Shown here: positions 12,401 to 28,352 of the stretch, in pieces
How the letters are laid out: each line of letters opens with the position of its first letter
How positions within the stretch are numbered: position 1 is the stretch's first letter
Assembly: GCF_009914755.1 (NCBI RefSeq)
Contig: NC_060930.1
Strand: one strand, 5' to 3'
DNA length: 64,000 nucleotides
Origin: the human T2T-CHM13v2.0 reference genome, Homo sapiens
Program-made: the position numbers and the translations under genes
The notes under the pieces: model-generated
The model's database searches: none
Told to the model about the DNA's origin: nothing
Seen by the model: only the letters and a program-made list of their open reading frames with translations

Positions 12401-15400
12401 ATAGTGGCTGACCCCCTATAAAGAGGTAGCATCATCCCCCCTCCCTTGCATGAAACACCATGTTCCTAGAAAAGACAGCTTTGCTTCCAGCCACAATGAA
12501 TAAATATTGACCAGCCTAAACCTATCGCAGTGATTTTATTCCTCTCATTAGTGATGTATTTAAGCATGGGCAAGTGATGCTTCCCAGAGAATATTCAGAG
12601 TGCCCAGTGTATGTTCTGAGGATGCTGCTAGACCTGGAATGCACAAATGAGGAGCTCACTTCAACTAGATGCAGACCACCCCAACCCCAACTGTCTTCGG
12701 CAGATTCACAGAGCCAGAATACCTGACATGTTGTGAACTGAAAGTTACCAGCCATCAGAATCTCACTGAACCACCTCTATGCATATCTCCAGACAGAAAC
12801 CTTGATGGATAATATCTTCCTCCACATGATAGGATTATCTGTCTTTAGATTTCATTCTTTCTCTACTTGATAGCTCTTTCGAATCCAGAGTTTCTTTCCT
12901 CTGTGCTGCTCAGTGATCTCCAGGGACACTTAGAAAGCTAATTGTTATATCTTTCTCCCCAGTTCCTGCCTTCCTCAGAAGGGAAAGTAGTTGTGATATA
13001 ACCTCCCATATACTCCCTGTTTTCCTCAAATACAACCTTAAAACCATTAGAATATATCTACATCAATTATCATTCATATCTAGAATTCTGATGGGATAGT
13101 TATGTCTGGTAGTCTCCATTACATACTTTAAAACCAATTAATGATAAGCATTCCTCTTTATGTTACTATCATCCATACAAAATAGATATACAGAAAGAAT
13201 TTAGTTCATGGACCAGCCTTCTGAGGCAACCACTCTCAACTACTTGAGCTGGTTATTTTGTTTGTTTATTTGTTTTTCTTTTTCCTGGTGTATTAATTCA
13301 TATTTCTGAAGAATATATTTATGACACTTCTTCCTTAGTTCTAAATGTTAAATATCAACTATTTACATTCTACTGTGGAAAACTGGAATTTAACATTCTC
13401 AGAACTAGATCCTCTCTAAATATTTTCCTCCAACCCCTTAACCCAAAACATATAATATCCCCTTCTCCCACTATGATTCAGTATATCTCTATTTTACCAT
13501 TGTTTCTGTTCCCTCTCCATGTCCTTCTTATTATCTGTTGGTTTTATTCTGATATTTTATCTTGGATTATTTCCTCAATTTGTGGTGACCCTTCACTCTC
13601 TGTTTATAGACACTAAATTGGTGATTGAAAGTCTGTGTGCGTCCTGTTTTTATTGGTGGGCCTCCCTCAAGGACACTACCATGGGAGGTTGACAACTTTA
13701 TTCTCACATTTCAAAATGGGGGAATTGGTAAGACTTTTCTCTTAGGCCAATCAGTTTCTTCACAGACTTTCATATTCTCCAGTTTCTTGCCTAGAAAAAA
13801 AATCCTGGACCCAGTGGAGTAAAGAAACCAGTGCTCTCACCATTTAGCACCCAGATTTTCACTTCATCCACCTGTTTTCAGTAAGGAGTCTTATCCTAGC
13901 CTCTCTGTATGATGAGGGTGGGGACGAGAGTGTGCACAGTGCATGTTTGCATTTCTACAAAGGATGGTCAGAATTGGTCTCTCTGGTGCCAATCATTTTA
14001 CTATTTTTGGCCAAAAATATTTAACATGGGAAACCATTGTGATAATATAAAAATGATTACAACACATGCTAAATATTTTTAATTCATAAATCACTTTATC
14101 AATTAGACTTTAAAATATTTAAGTAGCATCATTGGTAAATATCAACATAAATAATTAAAATTCCTAAAACAAACTCTGTTAAAATATCTCCCAAATGAAA
14201 CACCCAACTTAAATAAAAATTGAGGAGATGCTCACATTGTTAATTTCATCAAACTATTAAATTCAGCCAAACACATAGACTTACAAAGATCACATATTTT
14301 GTTACACAGATCAATTGTTAACCTAAAACCTCCATTTCCTGGAGATTAAGCTTAAATTCTATAGTTACTAAATAAGGATTCATTACAGTGAAATACATTG
14401 TATGCTCTGAAGATTTAAAAATTTATCTGAGCAGTAGTAACCAAACAAAAATTTGATTATTTTTCAACTCTTGCTTTATTTGATGGGTGTCGCAAGTTCA
14501 TTATTTGCCAGTAAATGGAATAATCAGTTAATTAGCGGCACTTGTTATGTGACGAATATTCAATTAGCAAAATAGAGAAAAGAAAAGGTCCATCATACCT
14601 TAGTAAATTAATTTCTTTTTATAGAGTGAGTTTGCATCCACCTGGCAGATAACATAAACTGAGTAAAAGCCTTGGGAGGTTTGCCAAATTCAATAAATTA
14701 AGGGGCATTTAACTCTTTGATTCTTTGTCAGAATATGATTGTTCCTCACAGATGTTTTATTTATAATGCCACTGAAATTAATTATATCTGTCTAAAAACT
14801 AGTATATTTTACAATGCTGAGAAAGTTAATTAAGTGTATTTCCTGTTATATGAAAAGATTCCTATTCTTCATTTAAAGGAAAACTGTAAAAAATGGAAAA
14901 TTATATAATTGAGCACATATAAGATTAAGTAATATTTATAGCATTATTTTTAAAATATTGTAAAGCCTATTAATACCCAGGGCATTTTCAATAAATAGTA
15001 AATTTTCCTTTGTTAGTCCAACTGTATAATTGCTGCTTTCTTTTTTCAGGGTGTTCATTTTTTTCCTGTATTGAATGCCTTCTCCCCAGATTTAGGACCT
15101 AAAAGCTAAGGTATCTGTTGCCTGGCAACTTAACAGGACATCTCTAGAAAGCATGCTGTTTTAGAGAGTGATGAACCTTCTTATAGTTGTCAGTGAAAGA
15201 TTAGTGGCTCAAGGTAGAATCAAGACCTCATCTAGATTTTGTAGACATTAACAACTTTCTCAGTCCTCTGTAGGAAATAAAACCGTCATGCTGCTACATT
15301 AGCCAATGTTAAAATCCAACATCCAAGGAGGAGTTTGCTTGGCTGTGTTGACAAATAAGAGTGACTTCTAAGCCTTTTAAATGTGATACTGTAAGGGGTT

Positions 15401-16534
15401 GAATGATACATTACTAAAAACACAAGTTGGAATTAAGGAATTATGTGGGGTTTTTTTTTTTGCTTTTTTTTTTTTTTTTTTTTTTTTGCCTCATCTTAAC
15501 TGGTAAGTCTTTGATCTTAGGCAAACTACAGCATTTAGGGAATTTAGTGCACTCACTTCCAAAATGTAGGTATTCCATTTGGAGAGTCTAAGAATATTTG
15601 CAGCTCTAATATTCTAGAAGTGTATATTCCCTGAATAGGAATGGTAACCCTCAATTTGCACCACTCACTGATCATAACGTGAAGTTTTACCATTAGATTG
15701 TCATTCTGATCCATAATTCAAACAACATTGCCACCAGTGAACTGTGATGGCAACATCTTATAAAACCTTTCTTTTTACAATGAGCTGTCTCCATTGCAGT
15801 GGAATTAAAAAACAGGAATTTTTAAATGTATCCAATCTTCAAACGGAATTTTGTTAGGAATTTTTATCTCATGATACAAATAAAAATCAAGAGTATTTAA
15901 TTAATAGCTATTTTAATTAACTAATGATCTAATTTAGGATTGATTAAGGTAGAGTGCCACTATTAGATAAACTTAATGCAACAACATTATTTAGAAATGA
16001 TTGCTCATTCTTGTCCTACTAATACATAATTGATTACGGGTGGCTTTCCAATATGTTTAAAATGATGTATGTGTTTCTGTTGCTTATCACTTATTTTTCT
16101 AATTAATGGTGTTTTAATGATGGATTCATTAGACAGCGATCATGGAAGTGCATGTAAGGAGACACATAAATAGAATGGACTTTGAAATTTACCCTCTCCA
16201 CCACTCTGGGGTATTGTGCCTTTATATTTACGCTCTAAAAGTGAGAGTGGCAAAGAAATTAAAATACTAGGCCATTCCTCTATTTCAGGGAATTTAATGG
16301 TCCTTCTTTCTGTATTTTGACCATCTTAAGAAAAGAGCTTTGTACAAATCTATCTCTCTCCCTCCTTTCTGAGCTACCACTGTATATCATACTTTTTGCC
16401 TATGATGGGGGCTAGATTAAAATATTACCTGTGGAAATCTCAGGTTTCACTAAATATGTATTACATAGTTCACATATTAGAAACAATATTTAAACCATAG
16501 GAAAAATAAAATATAGGCCTATGAACCAGATTAT

Positions 16535-16824
16535 AAGGATGAATCCAGGTTTTATGTAATTGGAATCATATGCAATTTGTAGGTCCCCCTTAAGAAAATT
16601 GCTTTACAAAAGTACTAGGCCTATGGAATATGTATGAGCGAGTGAGGGGCTGCTATGGACTGAATGTTTGTGTCCTTTCAAATTGTTGAAGGTCTAATCC
16701 CCACTATGACGGTTTTTGGAAGCAGGGCTTTGGGAGGTAATTAGTGTTACATTATGTCATGAGGGCAGGGCCCTCAAGGTGGTATTAATGCCCTTATGAA
16801 CCAAGAAAGAGACATGAGGGCATG

Positions 16825-16867
<43 letters not shown>

Positions 16868-17110
16868 CAAGCACCAAGGAAAGACCATGTGAGGACGTAA
16901 GGAGAAGACAGCTGCAAACTAGGAAGAGACCCCTCACCAGATCTGCTGGCATCTTGATCTTGGACTTCCCAGACTCCAGAACTGCAAGAAGTAATGATCT
17001 ATTAATTAAGTCACCCAGTCTATAAAATTTTGTTGTAGCAGTCTGTCTTAGCAGGCTAAAATAGGGGCCCTGCAAATTATGCTCCCTTGCATTCCTTGTT
17101 TCTCTACATC
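16535..17110. mobile_element. hAT-type MITE (Zaphod/Tip100-like; subfamily uncertain) split by the MLT1A LTR
   Basis: ggatgaatccaggttttatgtaattggaatcatatgcaatttgtaggtccccttaagaaaa...gtgaggggc|cctgcaaattatgctc is continuous across the MLT1A insertion. Confidence 0.5.
16651..17063 (+). mobile_element. MLT1A-type MaLR solo LTR containing a (CT)n microsatellite (16828-16861)
   Basis: tgctatggactgaatgtttgtgtcc...gatcttggacttcccagactccagaactg...gctaaaata, with a perfect 5-bp TSD GGGGC at 16646-16650 and 17064-17068. Confidence 0.9.
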
Positions 17111-17309
17111 TAATTGTAAATTGCCAGAAAACCAGGGCCATGGAACTCAGAGCGGAACTTGGAATAGATGATGGTAAATATGACAGCTGGGAGTGCTGTA
17201 TTACAGCAAACAGGGAAGTCTGTTTGTTACATGAAAAGACAAGTAATAAAATGGTGAAATGGAAATAATCTGTCTTCTGTACTCTTTTTCCAAGGGCCAA
17301 TGTTCCCCG

Positions 17310-17495
17310 AATCTTTCTTTCACTGCATGCACTACTGTGCTTTGTAATTACCCAACTCTACATCTGTGTCCCCAAATAAGCCACATAGTCCTTGGAATCA
17401 TGGATGCATCTTATTCATCTTTTCTATCTCCAAGGCCATGTACAGTACATAACAAAGACTCCATAAATATTTGATTAATTGTTTAATTAATTAAT
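17310..17495 (+). mobile_element. L2 3' end fragment
   Basis: cttattcatctttctatctcc...gtacataacaaagactccataaatatttgattaattg, typical of the L2 terminus. Confidence 0.6.
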
Positions 17496-18659
17496 GCTTA
17501 ATTCTTAGTAGAATTGGGAAAGAATGATGGCTTGGATTACTTACCTAATATCTCTCATGTGAAACTCTAGACTAAAATTGCAAATCGATTTCATTACTTT
17601 TTTATTAGTAATCATAGCTTTTGGAATAATTACTGGTTTGAGAATTTAAAGTTTTGGAGTTCAAACTGACTATTAAAAAACATATCTAGAAAATCCCATT
17701 TGTCTTTTTATTTCAGTAGAATGTACCATGTCCTCAACTGCATACATGGCAAACATAGAATTTACAAGGAAATTCTATATATATTATCAGTGAAATAATA
17801 TACCCACATGTGGACAATTTAATTATATTTTGTGAAACAATACATATACCCATTGTTTAATTTTGCCTTACTATTGAAGGTCTAGAATCTTCCTTTTTAT
17901 ACAAGTAGAATTGAGAGGTGACAGGGTGCTGGCAGTCCTCACAGCCCTCGCTAGCTCTCGGCACCTCCTCTGCCTGGGCTCCCACTTTGGCGGCACTTGA
18001 GGAGCCCTTCAGCCCACCGCTGCACTGTGGGAGCCCCTTTCTCGGCTGGCCAAGGCCAGAGCCGGCTCCCTCAGCTTGCAGGGGGGTGTGGAGGGAAAGG
18101 CGCGAGCGGGAACCGGGGCTGCCCGCGGCGCTTGCCGGCCAGCGGGAGTTCTGGGTGGGCGTGGCCTTGGCGGGCCCGGCACTCGGAGCAGCCGGCAGGG
18201 CCTGCCGGCCCCCGGCAATGAGGGGCTTAGCACCTGGGCAAGCGGCTGCGGAGGGTGTGCTGGGTCCCCAAGCAGTGCCGGCCCACCGGTGCTGCGCTCG
18301 ATTTCTCCCTGGGCCTTAGCTGCCTTCCCGCGGGGCAGGGCTAGGGACCTGCAGCCCGCCATGCCTGAGCCTCCCCCTCCACCTCCGTGGGCTCCTGTGC
18401 AGCCCCAGCCTCCCTGACGAGCACCGCCCACTGCTCCACAGCGCCCAGTCCCATCGACCACCCAAGGGCTGAGGAGTGCGGGCACACGGCACGGGACTGG
18501 CAGGCAGCTCCACCTGCAGCCCCGGTGCAGGATCCACTGGGTGAAGCCAGCTGGGCTCCTGAGTCTGGTGGGGACTGGGGAACCTTTATGTCCACATTCT
18601 GTATCTAGCTAATCTGGTGGGGACGTGGAGAACATTTGTGTCTAGCTCAGGGATTGTAA

Positions 18660-18830
18660 ACGCACCAATCAGTGCCCTGTCAAAACAGACCACTCAGCTC
18701 TACCAATCAGCAGGATGTGGATGGGGCCAGATAAGAGAATAAAAGCAGGCTGCCCGATCCAGCAGTGGCAACCCGCTGGGGTCCCCTTCCACACTGTGGA
18801 AGCTTTGTTCTTTTGCTCTTTGCAATAAAT
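18660..18830 (+). promoter_or_regulatory. LTR12C core promoter: CCAAT boxes, GATA site, TATA-like AATAAAA and the LTR poly(A) signal
   Basis: CCAAT at 18665-18669 and 18703-18707; AGATAAG at 18729-18735; AATAAAA at 18738-18744; AATAAA at 18824-18829. This matches the known ERV9 LTR layout; activity at this copy is not shown. Confidence 0.7.
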
Positions 18831-19004
18831 CTTGTTGCTGCTCACTCTTTGGGTCCACAATGCCTTTATGAGCTGAAACACTCACCGCGAAGGTCTGCAG
18901 CTTCACTCCTGAAGCCAGCGAGACCACGAACCCACCGGGAGGAACGAACAACTCCAGACGCCCTGCCTTAAGAGCTGTAACACTCACCGGGAAGGTCCGC
19001 AGCT

Positions 19005-21898
<2,894 letters not shown>

Positions 21899-22677
21899 GG
21901 AAGAAACTCCAAACACATCCGAACATCAGAAGGAACAAACTCCGGACATGCCTCCTTTAGGAACTGTAACACTCACCGCGAGGGTCCGCGGCTTCATTCT
22001 TGAAGTCAGTGAGACCAAGAACCCAACAATTCCGGACACAGAATGATATTTATGATTATAAAGAACAATAGGATACTTGGAGAAAGCTACTAAGTTAAAA
22101 AATCTATTTTAAGTAAAATGTGCATAATATTTTAAATATAAAATTTTTCAACTTGAGGAATAATCTTTAACCCTAAAATAATTGTTTTATCTGATTACTT
22201 CCTAGCAATACAGTAACTCAAAGAATTCATATTCAACATTTGATTCTCAAAAACCTTTTCCACATTTTTGATCCTCACATTTTATAGAGGTGAATGCAGT
22301 GAAATCCTTCCACTCCCAACTTCATCAGTATTGTGATTTCTTGCCAAAAGAAAGCATCAGCTTGATACACTTGAATTCAACTTCAAGTTGAAGTGTACAC
22401 TAATCCAGTTAAAGTCTTGCTACAAATTTCACATAAATTAAGTTTACAAATGTTTTGTCAAGTATTTACAATGATGTAAGACATGTAGACACATCTCTTT
22501 CCTCACACTATTCAGTCTCTTGTTAGTAGCCCAGAAAAAGGTTTTGTAAAATTAAATATAAATGTTTCAGATAGTTTACAGCCTGTGTTTCACAAAACTA
22601 TTTTCTGAGTATCAGACTGTTCATATTCACTTGATTTTCAATTACCAAAGAATAAAGTCCTTTCCATAAGAATAAAG

Positions 22678-22863
22678 AAAAAAAGGTGTTTCATTCTTGA
22701 TTTGATTTTCCATTTGGTCGCTATTGGTGTATAGAAAAGCTGCTGATTTGTGTACATTAATCTTGTATCTGGATACTTTGCTGAATTGTTTTATCGGTTC
22801 TAGGAGCTTTCTGGGGGAGTCTTTAGGGTTTTTGAGGTAAAAAATCATATTGTCAGCAAACAC
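22678..22863 (-). mobile_element. Short L1P (L1PB-like) ORF2 fragment
   Basis: ORF 22642-22863 translates to [15 protein letters not shown]...KINVHKS...YTNSDQ. Confidence 0.85.
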
Positions 22864-23549
22864 AAATCTCAGTAATCACATGCAGTGATAGAAAATGGAT
22901 GTTATTCTTGACAAAATGTCAGGTGTACAAAGATGCTCTTACACTATGGACCTTGTAGGCAGTTATGAGTTTATGTTTAAATTTTGTGTAGGATGTGCAA
23001 AAATAGAACGGCGCATTTCCATCCTTAATTGAGTCCTTCATGATGCCCTGCATCAGAAATGATCTAGATGAATTCAGAAGTGCTTGCTTACAAGCAATCA
23101 TCTGAAATGAGATGAATCATGAAAAAGGTGTTAAAAATGCAATCCTATTACCAAAAGGAAAGAACAGATGTATTCACTCTGACTCGTACAGTTTGATATT
23201 TTCTACTATAGAAACTGTTAGGTTTCCTTTTGAAAAAAACATTCAGGAAGAACTACTCTTCCTCTATCTGCATTAATACCTGGCTATTTCTCAAAATATT
23301 CTTTTATCAATTGCCTAAAGAATATAACAACAGTAGCAGATGTATTAAATTTTATCTCAACATGAAAAATATTTGAAATAATTAAAACAATGCCAAGTGG
23401 ACTTTACAGATTGCAACAACATTATTTACTTCAAGATTTCCGGACATCAAATGGGTGTCTGTAAAATCCACTTCGATCAAGAAGTGGCAAATTATTAGGT
23501 GGCCCAGAAAAAATAAATTAAAGCTGAAAAATCAGATTTCTTTGCCATT

Positions 23550-23640
23550 GTATTCAATGGCAGAATTAAGTAGTTGTGACAGAGACCTCATATCCTACAA
23601 AGTCTAGAATATTTAGTTCCTAAACCCTCTATAGAGACAA
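23550..23640. mobile_element. MER58-like hAT fragment
   Basis: ggcagaattaagtagttgtgacagagacc...caaagtctagaatattta. Confidence 0.55.
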
Positions 23641-24563
23641 CAGATCTAAACAGAAAGTATACTATTTCCCTTTCCCTAATGAATCAAAACATGCAGTCAC
23701 CTTTGTTGTCTCTCTCTCTCTCTGCTTCAAACTTTTTCTTTTTTTATCAATAATTCCTGTTACTTTCCCCCTTCTGAATACTTCCAGAATATCTTTCAAT
23801 ACAATAACCTTAAATTACTGCTCCTTAAGCCAATTGTTCAGGTGATTCAAAACTAATCCTGCATCTCACTTTCTGTACATACTTATTTGTGAATCCTTCA
23901 TTCAGTCCTCCAAACCCGTTAAAGTTTGAATTCCCCATAGTGAACTGCATGCCATCTGTAATTTCCACAATTAATCACCTCAGGCTTATTAAACAATAAT
24001 GTCATACTAGCTCTCCCAGTTCTTAGACTGGTCTCCTAATTCCTCCTTGTTCATATCATATTCTATTCTAACCTTTGGTCATGGGCTCACATTATTTCTC
24101 TCTCTTTAATTGCTCTCATTCATTTTTTTCCCTCTGCATAAGATAAAAGAACACTTTTTTTTTATGGACCAACCTAAGATGGCTGCCTGCTTGGAATCCT
24201 CCCTATTTCAGGACTCTCTTTGCTGAGGCCTTTTCTCCTTAGAGCCAACAGTAGATTTTCAGGTTTGAAAGGCACCGTGTTAGCTTCCCAGTGCTTCATA
24301 ACAGAGTGCTACAAACCAGATTACCTAAACCAAGAGAAATTTATCTCTCACATTTCTGGAGGACAGAAGTCTGAAAACAAGGTTTCATCAGGACTACGCA
24401 CCGTAGGATGACTCTAGGATTGAAGTCTTTCTTGATTCCTCCCAGGTCTGGTAATCACTGGAAATCCTTAGCATTCCTTGCTGCATCACTGCAAGTTCTG
24501 TCTCTGTTTCCCCATGGCCAGCTTTCCTCTGTGTGTGTATGTGTCTCCAAATATCTCTCTTCT

Positions 24564-25877
24564 TTTTTAAACAGGTAATTTCAACTTTTGTTTTAGATCC
24601 ATGGGGTACAAGTGCAGGTTTGTTACATGGGTATATGGCGTGATGCTGAGGTTTGGGGTATGGATGATCCCATTACCCAGGTAGCAAGCATAGTATCCAA
24701 CAGGTACTTTTTCAGCCCATACCCACCTCTGTTTCTCCTGCTCTAGCTCTAATAATCCCCAGTGTCCATTGTTCTGATGTTTATATCCATGAGTATCCAA
24801 TGTTTAGCTTCCACTTACAAGTGAGAACGTGATACTTGGTTTTCTGTTCCTGTGTTAATTTGCTTAGGATAATGGCCTCCAGCTGCACCCACATTGCTGC
24901 AAAGAACATAACTTCCTTCTTTTTATGACTGTGTAGTATTCCATGGTATGTATGTACCATATCTTCTTTATTCAATCCACCATTGATAGATGCCTCTTAG
25001 ATTGATTCCATGTCTTTGCTATTATGAATAGTGCTATGACGAACATACGCATGCATGTGTCTTTTTGGTAGAATGATTTATCTCCTTTTGGGTATATACC
25101 CAGAAATAGGATTGCTGGGTCAAATAGCAGTTCTATTTTAAGTTCTTTGAAGAATCAAACAGCTTTCCACAGTGGCTGAACTAATTTTTATTCCTACCAA
25201 CCAGTGTATATGCACCCTTTCTCTGCAGCCTTGCCAGCATGAGTTATTTTTTGTCTTTTTAATAATAGCCATTCTGACTGGTGTGAGATGGTATCTCATT
25301 GTTGTTTTGATTTGCATTTCTCTGATGATTAGTGGTGCTGGGATAACTGGCTAGCCATATGCAGAAGAATGAAACTCGACCCCTTCCTAAAAATTAGCTC
25401 AAGATGGATTAAAGGTTTAAATCCTCAAACTATAAAAATGCCCTTCTTGACACTAGTCTTGGCAAAGAATTTATGGCTAAGTCCCAAAAAGCAATTGCAA
25501 CAAAACCAAAAGTTGACAAGTAAGACCTAAAAAAGCTAAAGAGCTTCTGAACAGCAAAAGAAATTATCAACAGAGCAAACAGACAACCTACAGAATGGGA
25601 GAAAATATCCACAAACTATGCATCTAACAAAGGTCTAATATCCAGAATGTATAGGGAACTTATATAAATCATCAAGTAAAGCACAACCTCATTAAAAAGC
25701 GGGCAAAGCAGGAGGTCAAAACTGCAGTGAGCTGATATCACACCATTGCACTCCAGCCAGGTCAACCAGGACGAGGCTCTCAAACAAACATACAAACAAA
25801 CAAAAGTGGGCAAAGGACATGAACAGACACTTCTCAAAAGAACACATATAAAGCCAACAAACACAGGAAAAAAATTA
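24564..25877 (-). mobile_element. Older L1PA (roughly L1PA13-16) 3' fragment with 5' inversion: minus 24564-25335, plus 25334-25877
   Basis: Minus-strand 3'UTR and ORF2 end (ORF 24781-24975, LEAIILSKLTQEQKTKYH). The strand switches at gatgattagtg|gtgctgggataactggctagcc. TSD-like tctcttctt/tctcttatt. Confidence 0.85.
25709..25801 (+). mobile_element. Severely 5'-truncated Alu (AluJ-like) with (CAAA)n tail, inserted in the L1
   Basis: caggaggtcaaaactgcagtgagctgatatcacaccattgcactccagcc, with a 14-bp TSD aaaagcgggcaaag (25695-25708) / aaaagtgggcaaag (25802-25815). Confidence 0.85.
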
Positions 25878-26489
25878 TCTCTTATTGGAACACCAGTCAT
25901 TGAATTTAAAGCTTATCCTAATCCATTATGAGTTCAATATTAACCTATGTCTGAAAGATCCTGTTTCACATAAGGCATATTCATAGATAAAGGTGGTTGG
26001 GTTTTCTATGTACCTTTTGGGAGACACAGTTCAACCCACTGTAAGGATACTCAAATGCATCTAAGCCAACCATTCACTCAGATGACAGAGAAATCTCAAG
26101 TATCTCTGCTTAAATACTTTCTGTTGACATTAGAAAGTCACATTTCAGGATGTTACCAGTTGTATCCATGGATAGCTCAGATGAAAAAAAAAGTCCTTGA
26201 AACAAAATCCACTGGCCTTGTTTCCCTAATTCATTCTTTCTTGAGCTTATACTGAATGGAGTATTGCCTCCTCAATATTGTAGAATATTAAATCATTAAG
26301 ACAGTTTATTTTCCCTTAAGACCTTCTCTAGGATACACATTTCTATTTTACTTGATTGCCTTTTTCAAATATGTCATGAACAGACTGAAAACCATGACAT
26401 GTGTCTCTCAGGAAACCTGATTTAGCTCCAATTGTCTGATTTTTAAGACAATGTCTTTTAATTACCTACTTTCTTATATAATTATCATA

Positions 26490-26700
26490 TCATAATGCCT
26501 TTGATGTCAGACAAATGTGGCTATGAATCCCAAGTTTGTCACTTATTAATTGGGCCGCCATTAAAATTAAATTATTTCTTGAAATCTCAATGCCCTACTT
26601 AGTAAAATGAGGATGTAATGTTTACCATGAAGAGTTAATAGAAGTAGTAATTAGATAATAGATAATTAGCACAATGCTTGGTAGACTTGATAACTGGTGA
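26490..26700 (+). mobile_element. MIR SINE
   Basis: tcagacaaatgtggctatgaatcccaagtttgtcacttatt...gtaaaatgaggatgtaat...ttagcacaatgcttggt. Confidence 0.6.
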
Positions 26701-28133
26701 CTTGTAGTAACACAATTTTTATTAGTCTGGCTATAAGGAAATCCAATTTAACACATCCGAACCTATATTATATTGAGCATGGCCTAGAGCTCTTAGTGTT
26801 AATTCATTTCCTCACTGTAGTGTCATAGATAATATGGATTTGTACATTGGTTTGCAGACCTTTTTATTCCTATCTTACTGACTAATAAACTTTAGAAACA
26901 GAATAGTTCCAAACACATCTGGAGTTCCAGTGGTAAGGTGAACTCAAACATTTATCTTTTCACATTGGTAAGTGAGGCTGATGCAACTCTTACCAGCACC
27001 ATTAATTACCACAAAGACTAATCTCTGAAGAACCTGGGAAATTCTCTGTTTTCTCTAATGAAATAATATCTTTTACTTGACTTCAAGTCTGTTGAGAGGG
27101 TGTTACTTCTCCATTCTTCATAAATCAGCCATCAATCCTTGGCAAATGTGGCAGAGATTTCTAGTTATCCCCACGTATCATTTTTTCCTTAATAGCAAAC
27201 AATTTTATTTGGAGAGGTATCATACCCAACTGAAATACTGTGTTTTGTAGGCTCTTTTGCTGCTAGCAGTATTCATTTGATCTAATTCTGGTCAGTTAAA
27301 TATAAGTAGAAGTATTTTGTAGGACTCCCAAGAAGAATGTTTAAAGAAACTGGACTTACTTAGGAAGCAGCCAGATAATATACACATGATTGTTAAAGTC
27401 CTAGCAGACCTCTTGGAATGTGAAGTGGCATTGTTGATGATAGAACTGTAAGAGGAAGATGAGTCCCTGATATCTATAAAGACTCCAGGCCAGCCTTGGG
27501 CTTCCCTCACATGGGAGAAAAGTGAACTTACACATTTTTTAAACTACTATTATTTTGTGTTTTCTGCTCTATTCAAATCAATCTTATTCAGCTCCTGTCT
27601 TAAATCTACCTGTTACAGGCTTCAAATAGACATCTGGATAATTGAAAAATAGGCATTTTTGGCCTGTGGGTCCTTTGATCAATTGTCCCTGTGATACAGG
27701 TTGAATTGTCTTTCCCAAAAACTCATACGTTGGAGTTCTAGACCCCAGTACCTCAAAATATAACCTAATTTGGAGTTGCCCCTTCCCCAAAATTGCCCAC
27801 TAGAACAAATCCTTACACACTTCAAAGGAAGATAACAAAACCCAGATTTTCAACAACATAATGCTTAGAATATCCAGTATCCAATTAAAACTCACTGTAC
27901 AGACAGAAGAATGTGACTCATGACGAGGAGAAAACTTAGCCAAAATGAATAAAATCAGAAATGACAGGGGTAATGAAATTAGTAGTCAAGAAGATTAGAA
28001 GAGCTGTTATAAATATGTTCAAATATTTGATGGAAAGCATGAACTCAATGAGAAGAGATATTAAAATTATTTGTTAGAGCCAATGAAAATTCTTGACCTG
28101 AAAAATACAGTATCTGACATATCCACTCTAAAC

Positions 28134-28352
28134 TAATAGTCATCAATTTTTTATAAAGGGCCACAGTGTAAATATTTTAGGCTTTGTGAGCCGAACATTT
28201 TCAGTTGCAGCTATTCCACTCTGCTATTGTAGCATTATAGAAGCCATAGATAGTATGTAAAGAGAAAATATGACAGTATTCCAATAAAACTGTATTTACA
28301 AAAGCAGGTGGCTATCTGGATTTGGCCTGAGGGCCTTACCTGCTGACTCTTG
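28134..28352. mobile_element. MER58A hAT-Charlie MITE
   Basis: aaagggccacagtgtaaatattttaggctttgtg...ccaataaaactgtatttacaaaagcaggtggc, with a perfect 8-bp TSD CTCTAAAC at 28126-28133 and 28353-28360. Confidence 0.9.

Larger units (their letters stand above)
24277..26042 (-). mobile_element. MLT1B/C-type LTR split by an L1 insertion (pieces ~24277-24563 and ~25878-26042)
   Basis: aaatttatctctcacatttctggaggacagaagtctgaaaacaagg...ctcttctt [L1] ctcttattggaacaccagtcattg...gggagacacagttcaacccact. Confidence 0.8.

Noticed and set aside
15030-15115. Possible + strand exon (ttttttcag...aag|gtatct)
   Set aside because: The donor is weak, there is no recognisable peptide, and no partner exons are evident. 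Such motifs are expected by chance.
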